The notes under the pieces were generated by a model. That model was not told where the DNA came from. It saw only the letters and a list, made by a program, of their open reading frames with translations, and made no database searches. 64,000 nt of DNA from Chrysomallon squamiferum (lineage: Eukaryota > Animalia > Mollusca): the NCBI GenBank assembly GCA_012295275.1, contig CM022671.1:26164001-26228000 (forward strand). The letters are read 5' to 3'. Below, in pieces: positions 23,633-38,361 of the stretch. A program made the position numbers and the translations under genes. Position 1 is the first letter of the stretch. Every line of letters begins with the position of its first letter.

Positions 23633-26554
23633 ATACCATATTTATATAATTTATCCAGTAAGTTCAAATGTTGTTTAGAGTGTAAAGTAATAAACAAAAA
23701 TATTAAAATAGATGTAAATATAATTGTCAATATGTTAAAATGGTGGTAAATATAAATGAGTCACATTTAGAAATTGTTTGACATAATTAATAGACCAGCT
23801 TGAACATTTTAAAATTGGAAAAAATAAATCATATCTCTATATGAACAGAGTGGATTTGATAAGCTGGTAATTGATTATAAAATTATGTTTGAGAATTCTA
23901 AATGAACATTTCGTTTAGTCCTGTTGTTTAGTTAGTTATTAAGTTAGTCATTAGCGATTGCTGAGCATGTTTTAATATGCGATTTGTAATGTTGTTAATC
24001 ATTGTTTAATAGTGCTATTTGATTGTTACGTGAATAAAGATTTTGTTTTTAACGTTTTAATATCACGTTATTTATTTATTTATTTATTTATCATAAGACT
24101 AATTTTTCGGTCGTAGTTTATTTTGTTACAGCATTGATATTTACTGACTGACACAGATATGATATATTAACCTGTGGGGTACACGTAACCGAACAGAAAG
24201 TACAAAACGAAAAGACCAAAACCCTGATAGTTAATTATGCCATCAGTAATGCACTGTTTACTTTGGTTCATTTCTGTGTCAAACTAACGAAATAATAAAT
24301 GCTATGTTCTCGAATTTACAAGTTATGGCTGGGGAAGTAGCTGCATGTATGTGCACGTATGTAATAAAATGTGCACTTATGTAATCAAATGCCACTCCAG
24401 TAACGAGGTAAAGCTAACAGTCACAGTCACGTTATTGTCATATAGTTGACACATGTAACAAAATGTACATATACGAAAATCTCAAGAAAGCCGTCACTGA
24501 CAGTTGGTAATGGAAATTGGGGAACGATGAGCCATTTTTTGAGATATTTGGCCATTTCACCCAAAGCTTCTTAGCTGTTGATAGAAAAACTGTTGATGCT
24601 TATAGAAACTTTAGATTACAATATAGAGCTTAATATGCTTTCTTCAATAACATCATTACGGGAGAAACTTATGTAACAGGGTCGTGATGACTCACCGCGC
24701 CCCAGGGAGATGGACCAATGAGCCACCCACTGTATGGTCCATGACTAAAAACAACACACGTTAATTGTTTAAAATTATTTCTATCATGAATTTCATCTGA
24801 AATGCACATGCTGTAATAAACTAATGGGTGAATTACGTGTTTTGCACACTGACGTCATGCTAGGGTTTATTGTGCTGTTGACTCAGTCTCCATGGTTACA
24901 GTGTAGTTTCACGGTCCTAAATTAATGCTGAATCTTATTGAAGATAGAGCACATCAAATCTGCCACTAAACTGTATAATTCCATTCTGACTTTTAGTAGA
25001 TTTCACATCAGGTTAGGGAAGGACACCCAAAATCAAATCTGCCTCAACTGAGCTTATTTCTTCCTGGATAGGCTCAACAAATTCACAAATCACAGTATGG
25101 CTCGGAGATTTTCTGAGAAATCGTCATCTTTTGTGCTTACACCGATGTAGTGAACAGTGATGTTCATTAGCTCTGCTGAGAACAGACCTCTGTCTGTTTT
25201 CCATTCTTTCTTTCTAGGCATTCTTTTTATACCAGATACAGAATTCTGAAGAAAAATAAAACCAATAATTAATTATCTATAAATTAACATTGATTTCATC
25301 ATTGGACTCCAAAATGGTTAAACGGACCCCACAGAATATGGCTCAGTGGTACCCAATACCACTTTCATTATGTTAATCGAGAGTACCAGAGAACCACGTG
25401 GCTGATAGACTAAAACTGTACTAGAAGTTAAAGAATAAATAATATAAAACAAAAGAATTACAAAACAAATATATAAAAAATAAATAAAGGAAAAGCAGAC
25501 ACAAACGTTTACAGGATTTGTGAAATATGTATTATCACCTCAATATTAAGTTGCAACAAATAAAACACCCCCCCCCGAAAACAAATAAATTATTCAAGGT
25601 AGTTCAAAAACATAATTTTTAACTGGTGTGTTAATGGCCTGCTCCAAAGCTCTCTAAACGATAAAATGTATAGTAGCTGCAATGATGGGAGATAGTTCTC
25701 ACTACCATTATGCAGTCAGGAGTTTTTGGGTTGGTTCAAAGTTTCCTGTCGCTCATCGGTCCCCAATTTCCCCTAATCGTAAGTGGCTGACAGGATCTAA
25801 AAGGTCACCCAGGAAAACTTGTAATATTTTCTAAAAGGGCTCATTAAATCCCAAAATGTATTCAAAGGAATCAAATCGTAAAGGTTTTAAGCCTTATTTA
25901 AATCTTCTGAAAATCTACGCATTGTTATTTTATTTTATTAGGTTTATTATTTCTTTTCGCCGTTATCCACTGTTAAGGATCATAAACCTCTGACCCCAAA
26001 CCCGCAACAACGAAGAATCAAACAACTTTCCTCATCCGCCCTTTGTTTATCTAATCGCTTTTTAGTAGGCAGAATATTTATTATAAATTTATTGAGAGAA
26101 AAACAAAAATTCGAAAGAATACACTTTCATTAATATTATTAGTAGGTTCATGAACAGCTGGTTGGAGTGTCAACAACAAAGGATTCAGTAATAATGATGA
26201 CAAAAACAACAATACTACTACTACTAAATATTATTAAAATAACAAGATGGGCTCTTTCAATGGAGAGGTTGAATTTCATGTTCTACCTAGGAGTGGAAAT
26301 ATTTCTTTATTTTTAAATTAACCTGGTTTTTTTTGAAGGGGTCAATGTCACTGACAGATTTCATCATAACAAAACTAGATTCTGTTTATGGGGTGGTGAT
26401 CGTTAGCTTTATGAGATGTATATAGTTTTAGAGTGAAGTGAAGTGAAAAAAAATTAACGTGCTAATCAGAGGAAGCTGTTGTGATAGCAACTGACTTATA
26501 TACTTCTGCCTTTCAGCTGAATGACCAATCATGATGGAGCAAATGTCAACCGAT

Positions 26555-26960
26555 TTATGTATGTTCATAATCTCTCCACGAACAAGACCACCTCAGCGCC
26601 CCTGTATGGATGGATTGGCATGGGAGTATCTCGGTAGTCCACGGTCTAACGGTTAGAGCAGATGGGATCCCAAAGGTGCATCCTGTATGACCAACCCTGC
26701 TGCGGCTAACTAGCAAGTCCAAACAGAGGATGTAAGTCCCGAAAAACAATCTGGCTAGGAGAAGGCAACTAAGACTAAACCTCAGACTAACTTCATTAAG
26801 CAGACTGGGTCTGATGTAAATGACAAGCAACCACTGTAGGTATAGGTGTACTCGGACCAATGAAACAATCCGGTTAGCCACATTTGATGATTCCTAAACT
26901 AAGGGAATGCGAAAGGATCTGGCAGGAGAAGAACAGTTCCCTTTATATGAAAAATGCTTC
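26555..26960 (+). mobile_element. GC-richer spacer segment, probable 5' fragment of an RTE-like LINE (also about 42822, 52654, 62767)
   Basis: Contains ctggctaggagaaggcaactaagactaaacc, recalled as similar to the RTE 5' UTR motif ctaggagaaggaaaactc..aaacc, preceded by an HDV-ribozyme-like arrangement. No RT ORF. Confidence 0.4.
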
Positions 26961-27725
26961 TGGAATATAATTATTACTATTATTACTAGAGTAAATAATG
27001 TGCGTATGACAACAACAACAGTAACAACTATTATTATTACTGCTTTTACTAATGTAACTAGTTATGTTATAACTACTATTTCCTTTGGTTCTGCCACCAT
27101 TGTAACTGCTACTTCTACCATTACTTCTACTACTCCTACTTCATTTTCTAATAACAGTAATTATGGTTGTTACTATCATACAGAAATAGTATTTTTCTCT
27201 GGAAAGTGATATATATATATATAACAAAACAAAACAAACAAAACAAAAAAAATAAAAAATAAAAAATAAAAAAATATAGAAAAGATAAGAAGGAACACAA
27301 ATTTGAATATAACAAATTTTATTAAACATAAACTCAACATTTTACAAAATAGCACTGTAGATAGCAGCTTCAACCGAAACACTGGATAAAGTTAACATCA
27401 GTAGCTATTCAAAATCACCGTTTACATTGAGTAATAACAATCTTACAATGTATAAAATTCATTAAATAACTCATGTCCCGCATTGGATTCATGAATCAAT
27501 TAAAACCACGAAATACTTCAAGCTATGGATTCATGCTTAAGGAAAATTTAATTGATTTTACATAACACTTATGTATATCAGTCAGATTATATTGATCCTC
27601 TCTAATAACAATATAACAACATATAAAATTCATCACACAACTCAACACGCAAAGATAACTCAAGTCACGGAAAGAATTCACGAAGTAATAGAAATTACGC
27701 TATAGGAATACTATTAGATTTAAAC

Positions 27726-28392
27726 TTAATTATTAACATTTAATGCTTCGATGGGAATGCAAGGACCGGAGAAACGAACGGGTATGCTAACTGGATGGAA
27801 GACAATATTTGAACTGTCACTGCTGGAAAATAATGACTTTGGAACATTGGCAGGGTGTATGGAGACGGGGAAGTAATGGCTGCCAGACGGATGAAGAACA
27901 AATCCTGGAAGATACAAGCTGATGTTGGAGCTCAAATCTGTGGAAGCCAGTTCTCCCGAAGATTTGTTACTGCAGTCTACCGAGCTCTGATTGAAGCTGT
28001 CGTCGCTGGAACTTGGGTAGGGCGTGGATTCGTTATTGTAGTTGGATGTCATTTTCTTCAAGATTCTCTCTCTTGCCGTCTCTTGGTTGTGTTCCTCCCG
28101 GGAACTGCTCGACGAAGTGTCGCTCTGCTGAACTTTCTGCTCCTGACGTGAAAAGCGTTGAGTGATGATCCGTTTCAGCTTGTATGTGCCTTGCCCGGAG
28201 CAGCTTGAAGTCGGGGATCCAATGCTATAATGCGTGATTTCTGTACCGCGTTTTCTCACTGGAAGGCTCTTGGAAGAAAAGGCTAATTTTTTGAATTTTG
28301 ATCGAATATTTTACAGTTTTATGTAACATTAACTCATTATTATTTTTGAAGAGAAGGTATTTTGATATTTGATTCTGAATAAAACTAAACTC

Positions 28393-28449
<57 letters not shown>

Positions 28450-28460
28450 TAATAATAACA
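27726..28460 (-). pseudogene. Truncated cwo type B relic: 3' part of the last exon fused to intron 3 sequence
   Basis: Matches 44004-44562, then jumps at ggct|aat (28284) to sequence matching about 45978-46170. Exons 1-5 are absent. Confidence 0.9.
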
Positions 28461-28920
28461 AGAATAAAACAACATTAATATCAAATCAACAACTACAATA
28501 AATAAATAAAATAATAATAAAAAAAAAAATAAAAAAAAAAAATAAATAAATAAATAAATAAATAAATTTATAGTTCCTAAATTGTATTCATTGTCCATAT
28601 CATATTTCAATTTTTTTTTTTTTTATTGTTTTCAAAAGAACCTGTTGGCATGTTCTTATTTTGATTTAATATTTAACAACATTTTCCAGAATAATAAGAG
28701 AATACGACATAGAACATTTGTGCATCCTCAGTAAGAAGAATACGATTTTATATTTCCAGCAGGATCTACAAGAATAATCCCACTGTAAATGTTTCGGCAC
28801 TATGTAATATTACAAGAGAAATGCCCCATGTACACTGATACTACTATGCACACTCTAATATTGTCGTATCTCCTAATAAATAAACAAGCAAACAAACAAA
28901 CAAACAAACAAACAAACAAA

Positions 28921-28951
<31 letters not shown>

Positions 28952-29253
28952 ATTAATTAATATTAAATAAGAAAACAACTAAGTATACAGCTGAATAAGT
29001 AAAATAAAAAAAAAATAAAAAAAATACAGTTTTTTTTCATTCTCAGTTGAATCATACGAACATTATTTCGTTACTGAAATTTGGACCGCATTTTATACAC
29101 TCAGTTTGCTAAATAAAATGTACAGTAGAATGACAGCTCTGTCTAATAAAATGACTTTCTGGGGAATGAAATAAAAGCTATTCTAAATCCTTAAATATTA
29201 AAAATATTCCATAAAAAATAGGTGATTTGTTAAAATGTATGTTCATGAAAGAC

Positions 29254-29315
<62 letters not shown>

Positions 29316-29400
29316 CCATCCTCACGTATCTCATTGTATTCCGCACTCACTGCAACGAACAGTTTGGACATCAAAATAATTTGTTATAAAAATAAAAATA

Positions 29401-29459
<59 letters not shown>

Positions 29460-30049
29460 AAAAAAAAGTTATAATAAAATAAATAAATAACCGATAACAG
29501 ATTAACTGTTAAAGAAAAAAAGCTATCTCATAGCAGAAACAAGAAAAACAACTCACACAAACACAAAAAATAAAATTAATAAAGAAATAAAATAAGTGAT
29601 AACAGGTTAACAGTTAAAGAAAAAAAAGCTATCTCATAGCAGAAACAAGAAAAACAACTCACACAAACACAAAAAATAAAATTAATAAAGAAATAAAAAA
29701 ACGTTATAAAAATTCAGAAGTGTTGATATATATGAAACAAAAAAATTGTTGCTAATAAAATGCCAATCTTCGTTGCCAGTCATTCTGTAATACGCGTGTT
29801 TAGCAACCAGCTCATGAATATTTATAAACTACGTCATTAAACACGAATTCCAAAACGTGACTGAAGAGCATAAAACCAGCTCACCGCAAAGCAGATACCA
29901 TTCGAGTCTAGCCAGCTTGAATATCAGATATAAAGATATATTTCTAGAAAAACAGAAAAGAAGAAGAAGAAAAAAGTTCCTTTTGATAATTAAACATTTG
30001 TCTTACATAACATAGAAGTATATTTCTGCATCTGAAAACATAAAACATC

Positions 30050-30916
30050 ATGATGAACTGGGAAGAACCTGAAATGAAGCGATTTAAACGCAAAAGAAGC
30101 GAATCAGACTGGTAAGAAAACTATTACATTTTTAAAGTATATTTAATAATATTTGTTTCATTTCTAAATTTGTAAATTAGATCATTATGTTCAGTTATTA
30201 TAATTATAATTATAATAATAATAACAATTATTAGATGGTTGGTGTTGATAATAATGTTGATTACGATGCTGATGCTGATAATGACTATTAGTATTATTAT
30301 AAGTATAGTTACTATAATATAACCATAATGTTAAATCGATCGGAAATTTGTAGATAAACAATTTTAACAAAATGTTACGCTAAATCTGGCCGGAGCGAAA
30401 GTTTAATTCTGTAATGATATATAAATTTCTCTATGTCTTAAGATTTAATTCGGAGTACAACTCGTTTGAAATAAATTACAAAGCTTTGCCTTTAAATCTG
30501 GTTTAAGCGATTTTTAATTTTTTATTATTTTTATTTTTTGTAAAATGCCTTTTTAAATGTAATTATAAAACCATTACATTATCACAACAATATACATGTA
30601 TTAATATTTTAAGTTTAGAATGTCGAAATGTATTGATAAAAATGTAATAATCAATAATAATAATAATAATAATAGAAAGTACACGTTCAATTAAGTCCAA
30701 AATTAGATGCTCTAGAATATATACACACATACGTACAAACTTACTTAGAAATGTAGACACACTCGTACATGGTTGGCACATGTTATAATGTTTATTTTAT
30801 TATTATTTTTTCAGGATTGTAAACATTTCCAATTCTACTGATGACTGCGATGGAAAGAAAGGAAAATCTGTGAAGGTTAGTAATACTATGTGTAATAGTA
30901 ATTATATAATTATGTT

Positions 30917-30997
<81 letters not shown>

Positions 30998-31505
30998 GGC
31001 TGGCTTGACAGTGAAAATCAATCTTTTAATTTAGTTTGTCATTAAGCGTCCTCTATGGATGCCGTCTGCGTTCAAAATATCAAGGGAAGGTACTCCTTCA
31101 TAAATTATTTTTGCCGCGAACGTTAACTGCGATTTCATATGGAAAGAAAACAGACATGTTTCCATTGACCCTGGTGATTATGGGCAAATTGGCAGGCTTT
31201 TTTTTCTTAGTCGTTGTGCGTGAATGAGGATGCAAGAGGGCACTGAAAAATGTGTTGGTAATATATTTTAAAGTTTTAATTTTATTTTATTTTTAATTTT
31301 TTTTTTTTTTTTTATTCCCTTATTTATGTACAACATTATATTTTACAGGATTCGGCATCACATAGGATCATTGAAAAACGACGAAGAGATCGAATGAACA
31401 CGTGTTTGGCTGATCTCTGCAAACTCATACCAAGTCACTATTTGAAACAGGTAAAATTTCTGATAAATGAGTTTTAAATACGATAATTAGCAAATCTAAC
31501 TAATC

Positions 31506-31588
<83 letters not shown>

Positions 31589-33380
31589 AACTGACTGTTT
31601 ACTGACTTACAGACAATTACGATATTTACATATTAACTGAGTGAAGAAAGGTGGAAAATTAATAATAATTAAAGGTGGAAAATTTATAATATTATTAGTC
31701 TGAACATTTTATAGGCTCATATAAGTAAATTTATTAATATATATATATAATAATAATAATTTGTTTCAATTATTCCTTTATTTTAGGGACAAAGACGCAC
31801 AGAGAAAACTGAAATTATTGAAATGGCAATAAAACTGATAAAAACTCTTCAAAATGATGTGGTTAAAAAAGGTGATTATATTTATTTTGTTGTTTTATTT
31901 TTAGATGCTAGTAACATTAATTTACAAAGTGTTTTAGAATAGGAATCTTGACTGTATGTACATTTAAAAAAAACCCCAAAACCCAGCAAAATCTTGCTTT
32001 ATCATATTATTGGTATTTATTTATTATTTATTTATTATTGTTAAAATCTATTTGAGTATCGCCATTTTTAGTCGTGACGTCATCGCGTACAGTTTCTTCT
32101 ATCTTTCTCAGAAAATATGCAGTTTGCAGTCCGTCACAAACATTTCGAAAAACAACTATAATAGCTGAGTTCAATCTTTCAGTAACAATATTATTTTATT
32201 GTCAAAAACAATTTCAAGTTCTTAAATACTTAAGTTCTTAAAGCTTCCAAAAAGTTTCTTCCAACAGGTAAACAAAATAAATGTCATTAAAAGTAAATGC
32301 TGTTCATAACAGAATACCTAATCTATTTTGGATCATTACTATTACAAGAACAACTACTACTACCACTACTATTACTACTACTACTACTACTACTGCTACT
32401 GCTACCACTACTACTACTACTGTTACTGTTTCTTATACTACTACTACTATTACTACTGCCACGACTATAACTTTACTTCAGTATTCTAAAGGAACTACAG
32501 ACCCGCTCTTATCAATATTTATTAACAGTATATATATTATAACCAGAAGAATCCATTCAGTTTATATAATATATATATTTTTTAAATTATTATAGTGTCA
32601 GGGAGCAATTACGATAGTGACTATAACAGTTCGTCATCTTGTGTAAGTGGAAATGAAAGTGGCAGTTCGTCACATTCATTATCATCGTCTTCGCCAGACG
32701 AGAATATTTCGAGCGAACTGTCCGAAAAGAACATTCGGGAACATTTCAAGAAGACAGAAAGGGATTCGGACAGCGGCTTCAGCAACATGGATTCGGCATT
32801 TTCGTCTATGAGTCTACCTCTGAGGAAAAGTGCCAGTGACCAGACTGGGTGGAGCAAAACACAGGAGTGTTACGAGGCGCGCGTGACCTCAAGCAGCACA
32901 TCTGGACATGGTTCGTTCTACAAGTTCAAACACAACATCAGTAAGCGCTTCTCTCAAGAGGAACTCAAAGTGCAGCCCAGCGACACGTCGTCGAGCAGCT
33001 CTCAGGAAGAGCAGATGATCACACCACAACGACGGAACACGTTAGAAGCCATGATATGCAACTACAACAGTACAGAGAGCATGTCGTACCCGAGTTCCAG
33101 TGATGGCAGTCAAAGCCCGCAGAACTGCAGTGGCAAGTCTTCGGGGGCGCTGCAGTCAGCCAGAACGTATGCAAACAGGGGCTTGTTTCTTCCTGGCTTT
33201 GTTCTGCATCCATCCGGTAGTTACTACTTCCCCATCTCCATACATCCGGCAAATATACCCGCATCGCTCTTACTCGGCTCTGACAATATCTCTGACGTGT
33301 TCCATCCTGTGAACATACCTGTCCAGTTTTGTGCACCGAGCGTTACAACGAAAGGTACACAGATTCAGCATTCAGCCTAA
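30050..33380 (+). CDS. cwo: cwo-like Orange-less bHLH, copy A2; exons 30050-30111, 30815-30875, 31349-31450, 31787-31871, 32596-33380
   Basis: Same exon sizes and intact GT-AG sites as A1; open frame with a few substitutions (KRFSQ, VQPSD, MITPQ). Confidence 0.85.
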
Positions 33381-33447
33381 TTTAAAAAAAAAAAAGAGAG
33401 AATAAGAAGAAGGAAAGAAAATAGTTTTCATTGCAATACAGCTATTA

Positions 33448-33491
<44 letters not shown>

Positions 33492-35145
33492 ATACCATAT
33501 TTACATAATTTATCCAGTAAGTTGTTTAGTTAGTAATTAAATTAGTCATTAGCGGTTGCTGAGCACGTTTTAATATGCGATTTGTAATGTTGTTAATCAT
33601 TGTTTAATAGTACTATTTGATTGTTACGTGAATAAAGATTTTGTTTTTAATGCTTTAATATCACGTTATTTATTTATTTATTTATCATGAGACTAATGTT
33701 TTGGTCGTAGTTTATTTTGTTACAGCAGTGATATTTACTGACTGACACAGATGTGATATATTAACCTATGGGGTACCCTTAACCGAACAGAAAGTACAAA
33801 ACGAAAAGACCAAAAGCCTGATAGTTAATTATGGCATCAGTAATGCACTGTTTACTTTCGTTCATTTCTGTGTCAAACTAACGAAATAATAAATGCTGTG
33901 TTTTCGAATTTACAGCTTATGGCTGGGGAAGTAGCTGCATGTATGTGCACGTATGCAATGAAATGTGTATTCGGAAATAGTTCTCATCTGTGAAAAGATT
34001 TAGAAAATAATATACAGACAGCTCATTCGAGAAACCATTCTGTGTTTCTTCTATTTAATTCAGGTAATATTAATAATTAAAAGGAGATAATGCTTTTAAG
34101 GTAGTCATCAAGACCGTGTTCGTAAAATCAAATATGACGATTTTCTCGTAATTTTGCTACGATATTTTCTAAAGAGAGCCGTTTCTAAGTTAGCGGAATC
34201 CTAACTAATCAACAGCAGCCCTTTAACTTCAGTTTCAGTCTCAGAATATCTCGAACTTTGATGTTTAGATAATCACACAGAGATCTTGATGAAAATACCT
34301 CTTAGACTAAACTGGTGACTACCTGGACATTAACACAAGTACAAGTCTGTTACGCCCACTCCAGTAACGAGGGAAAGCTCACTGTCACAGACACGTTATT
34401 GTCATATAGTTGACACATGTAACAAAATGTACATATAAGAAAATCTCAAGAAAGCCGTCACTGACAAGTTGTAATGGATATTGGGGAACGATGAGCCATT
34501 TTTAAGATATTTGGCCATTTCACACAAACCTTCTTAGCTTTTGATAGAAAAACTGTTGATGCTTATAGAAACTTTAGATTACAATATAGAGCTTAATATG
34601 CTTTCTTCAATAACATCATTATGGGAGAAACTTATGTAACAGGGTCGTGATGACTCACCGCGCCCCAGGGAGAGGGACCAATGAGCCACCCACTGTATGG
34701 GCCATGACTAAAAACAACACACGTTAATTGTTTAAAATTATTTCTATCATGAATTTCATCTGAGATGCACATGCTGTAATAAACTAATGGGTGAATTACA
34801 TGTTCAGCACAATGACCTAAGGCTAGGGTTTACTGTGGTATTGACTCAGTCTCCATGGTTACAGTGTAGTTTCATGGTCCTAAATTAATGCTGAATCTGC
34901 CACTAAACTGTATAATTCCATTTGATTTTTGATAGATTTCACAGCAGGTTAAGGAAGGACACCCAAAATCAAATCTGCCTCAAGTGAGCTTATTTCTTCC
35001 TGGATACGCAAATCACAGGGTGCCTAAGAGATTCTCTGAGAAATTGGACTTTAAAGTCCCCATCATCTTGTTTTGAACAGTGATGTTCGTTAGCTCTGGT
35101 GAGAAGAGACCTGATTTGTTAAAATGTATGTTCATGAAAGACGTT

Positions 35146-35217
<72 letters not shown>

Positions 35218-35884
35218 CCCATCCTCACGTATCTAATTGTATTCTGCACTCACTGCAACGAACAGTTTGGATATCAAAATAATTTGTTATAAAAATAAAT
35301 ATTAAATATTAAATAATAATAATAATAATAAGATAGAGAAGAATAATAATGATGATAATAATAATAATAATAATAATACAAAAAAGAGTTATAATAAAAT
35401 AAATAAATAACTGATTACAGATTAACAGTTAAAGAAAAAGAAACTGATTACAGATTAACAGTTAAAGAAATAAAAGCTATCTCATAGCAGAAACAAGAAA
35501 AACAACTCACACAAACACAAAAAATAAAATTAATAAAGAAATAAAGTTATAAAAATTCAGAAGTGTTGATATATATGAAATAAAAAAATTGTTGCTAATA
35601 ACATGCCAATCTTCGTTGCCAGTCATTCTGTAATACGCGTGTTTAGCAACCAGCTCATGAATATTTATAAACTACGTCATTAAACACGAATTCCAAAACG
35701 TGACTGAAGAGCATAAAACCAGCTCACCGCGAAGCAGATGGCATTCGAGTCTAGCCAGCTTGAATATCAGATATTATTCTAGAAAAACAGAAAAGAAGAA
35801 GAAGAAAAAACTTCGATTTGACAATTAAACATTTGTCTTACATAACATAGAAGTATATTTCTGCATCTGAAAACCTAAAACATC

Positions 35885-36472
35885 ATGATGAACTGGGAAG
35901 AACCTGAAATGAAGCGATTTAAGCGCAAAAGAAGCGAATCAGACTGGTAAGAAAACTATTACATTTTTAAAGTATATTTAATAATATTTGTTTCATTTCT
36001 AAATTTGTAAATTAGATCATTATGTTCAGTTATTATAATTATAATTATAATAATAATAACAATTATTAGATGGTTGGTGTTGATAATAATGTTGATTACG
36101 ATGCTGATGCTGATAATGACTATTAGTATTATTATAAGTATAGTTACTATAATATAACCATAATGTTAAATCGATCGGAAATTTGTAGATAAACAATTTA
36201 AAAAAAATTTTACGCTAAACCTGGCCGGAGCGAAAGTTTAATTCTGTAATGATATATAAATTTTTCTATGTCTTAAGATTAAATTCGGAGTACAATTCGT
36301 TTGAAATAAACTACAAAGCTCTGCCTTTCAATCTGTTTTAAGCGATATTTTATTTTTTATTATTATTATTTTTTGTAAAATGCCTTTTTAAATGTAATTA
36401 TAAAACCATTACATTATTACAACAATATACAAGTATTAATATTTTAAGTTTAGAACGTCGAAATTTATTGAT

Positions 36473-36550
<78 letters not shown>

Positions 36551-36797
36551 TTAGAATGTACACGTTCAATTAAGTCCAAAATTATATGCTCTAGAATATA
36601 TACACACATACGTACAAACTTACTTACAAATGTATACACACACGTACATGGTTGGCACATGTTATAATGTTTATTATTATTATTTTTTATTGCAGGAATG
36701 TAAACATTTCCAATTCTACTGATGACTGCGATGGAAAGAAAGGAAAATCTGTGAAGGTTAGTAATACTATTTGTAATAATAATTGTATAATAATGTT

Positions 36798-36854
<57 letters not shown>

Positions 36855-37366
36855 GGCTGTCTTGACAGTGAAAAATAATCTTTTAATTTAGTTTGTCATT
36901 TAGCGTCCTCTATGGATGCCGTCTGCGATCAAAATATCAAGGGAAGGTACTCCTTCATAAATTATTTTTGCCGCGAACATTAACTGCGATTTCATATGGA
37001 AAGAAAACAGACATGTTTCCATTGACCCTGGTGATTATGGGCAAATTGGCAGGCTTTTTTTTCTTAGTCGTTGTGCGTGAATGAGGGTGCGAGAGGGCAC
37101 TCAAAAATGTGTTGGTAATATATTTCAAAGTTTTAATTATTATTATTACTTTTTTTTTTTTTAAATTTAATTTTTTTTATTCCCTTATTTATGTACAACA
37201 TTATATTTTACAGGATTCGGCATCACATAGGATCATTGAAAAACGACGAAGAGATCGAATGAACACGTGTTTGGCTGATCTCTGCAAACTCATACCAAGT
37301 CACTATTTGAAACAGGTAAAATTTCTGATAAATGAGTTTTAAATACGATAATTAGCAAATCTAACT

Positions 37367-37457
<91 letters not shown>

Positions 37458-38229
37458 AACTGACTGTTTACTAACTTACAGACAATTACGATATTTACAT
37501 ATTAACTGAGTGAAAAAAGGTGGAAAATTAACAATAATTAAAGGTGGAAAATTTATAATATTATTAGGCTGAACATTTTATAGGCTCATATAAGTAAATT
37601 TATTAATATATGTATAATAATAATAATTTTTTCAATTATTCCTTTATTTTAGGGACAAAGACGCACAGAGAAAACTGAAATTATTGAAATGGCAATAAAA
37701 CTGATAAAAACTCTTCAAAATGATGTGGTTAAAAAAGGTGATTATATTTATTTTGTTGTTTTATTTTTAGATGCTAGTAACATTAATTTAGAAAGTGTTT
37801 TAGAATAGGAATCTTGACTGTATGTACATTTAAAAAAACCCCAAAACCCAACAAAATCTTGCTTTTTATTATATTATTGGTATTTATTTATTATTTATTT
37901 ATTATTGTTAAAATCTATTTGAGTATCGCCATTTTTAGTCGTGACGTCATCGCGTACAGTTTCTTCTATCTTTCTGAGAAAATATGCAGTTTGCAGTCCG
38001 TCACAAACATTTCGAAAAACAACTATAATAGCTGAGTTCAATCTTTCAGTAACAATATTATTTTATTGTCAAAAACAATTTCAAGTTCTTAAATACTTAA
38101 GTTCTTAAAGCTTCCAAAAAGTTTCTTCCAACAGGTAAACAAAATAAATGTCATTAAAAGTAAATGCTGTTCATAACAGAATACCTAATCTATTTTGGTT
38201 CATTACTATTACAAGAACAACAACTACTA

Positions 38230-38268
<39 letters not shown>

Positions 38269-38281
38269 TTACTAGTTCTAC

Positions 38282-38361
<80 letters not shown>

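Noticed and set aside
26555-26881. 108-aa minus-strand ORF preserved in all four spacer copies
   Set aside because: GTG start and no recognisable domain. The copies are too recent for preservation to imply selection, and it is better explained as antisense of a retroelement fragment.
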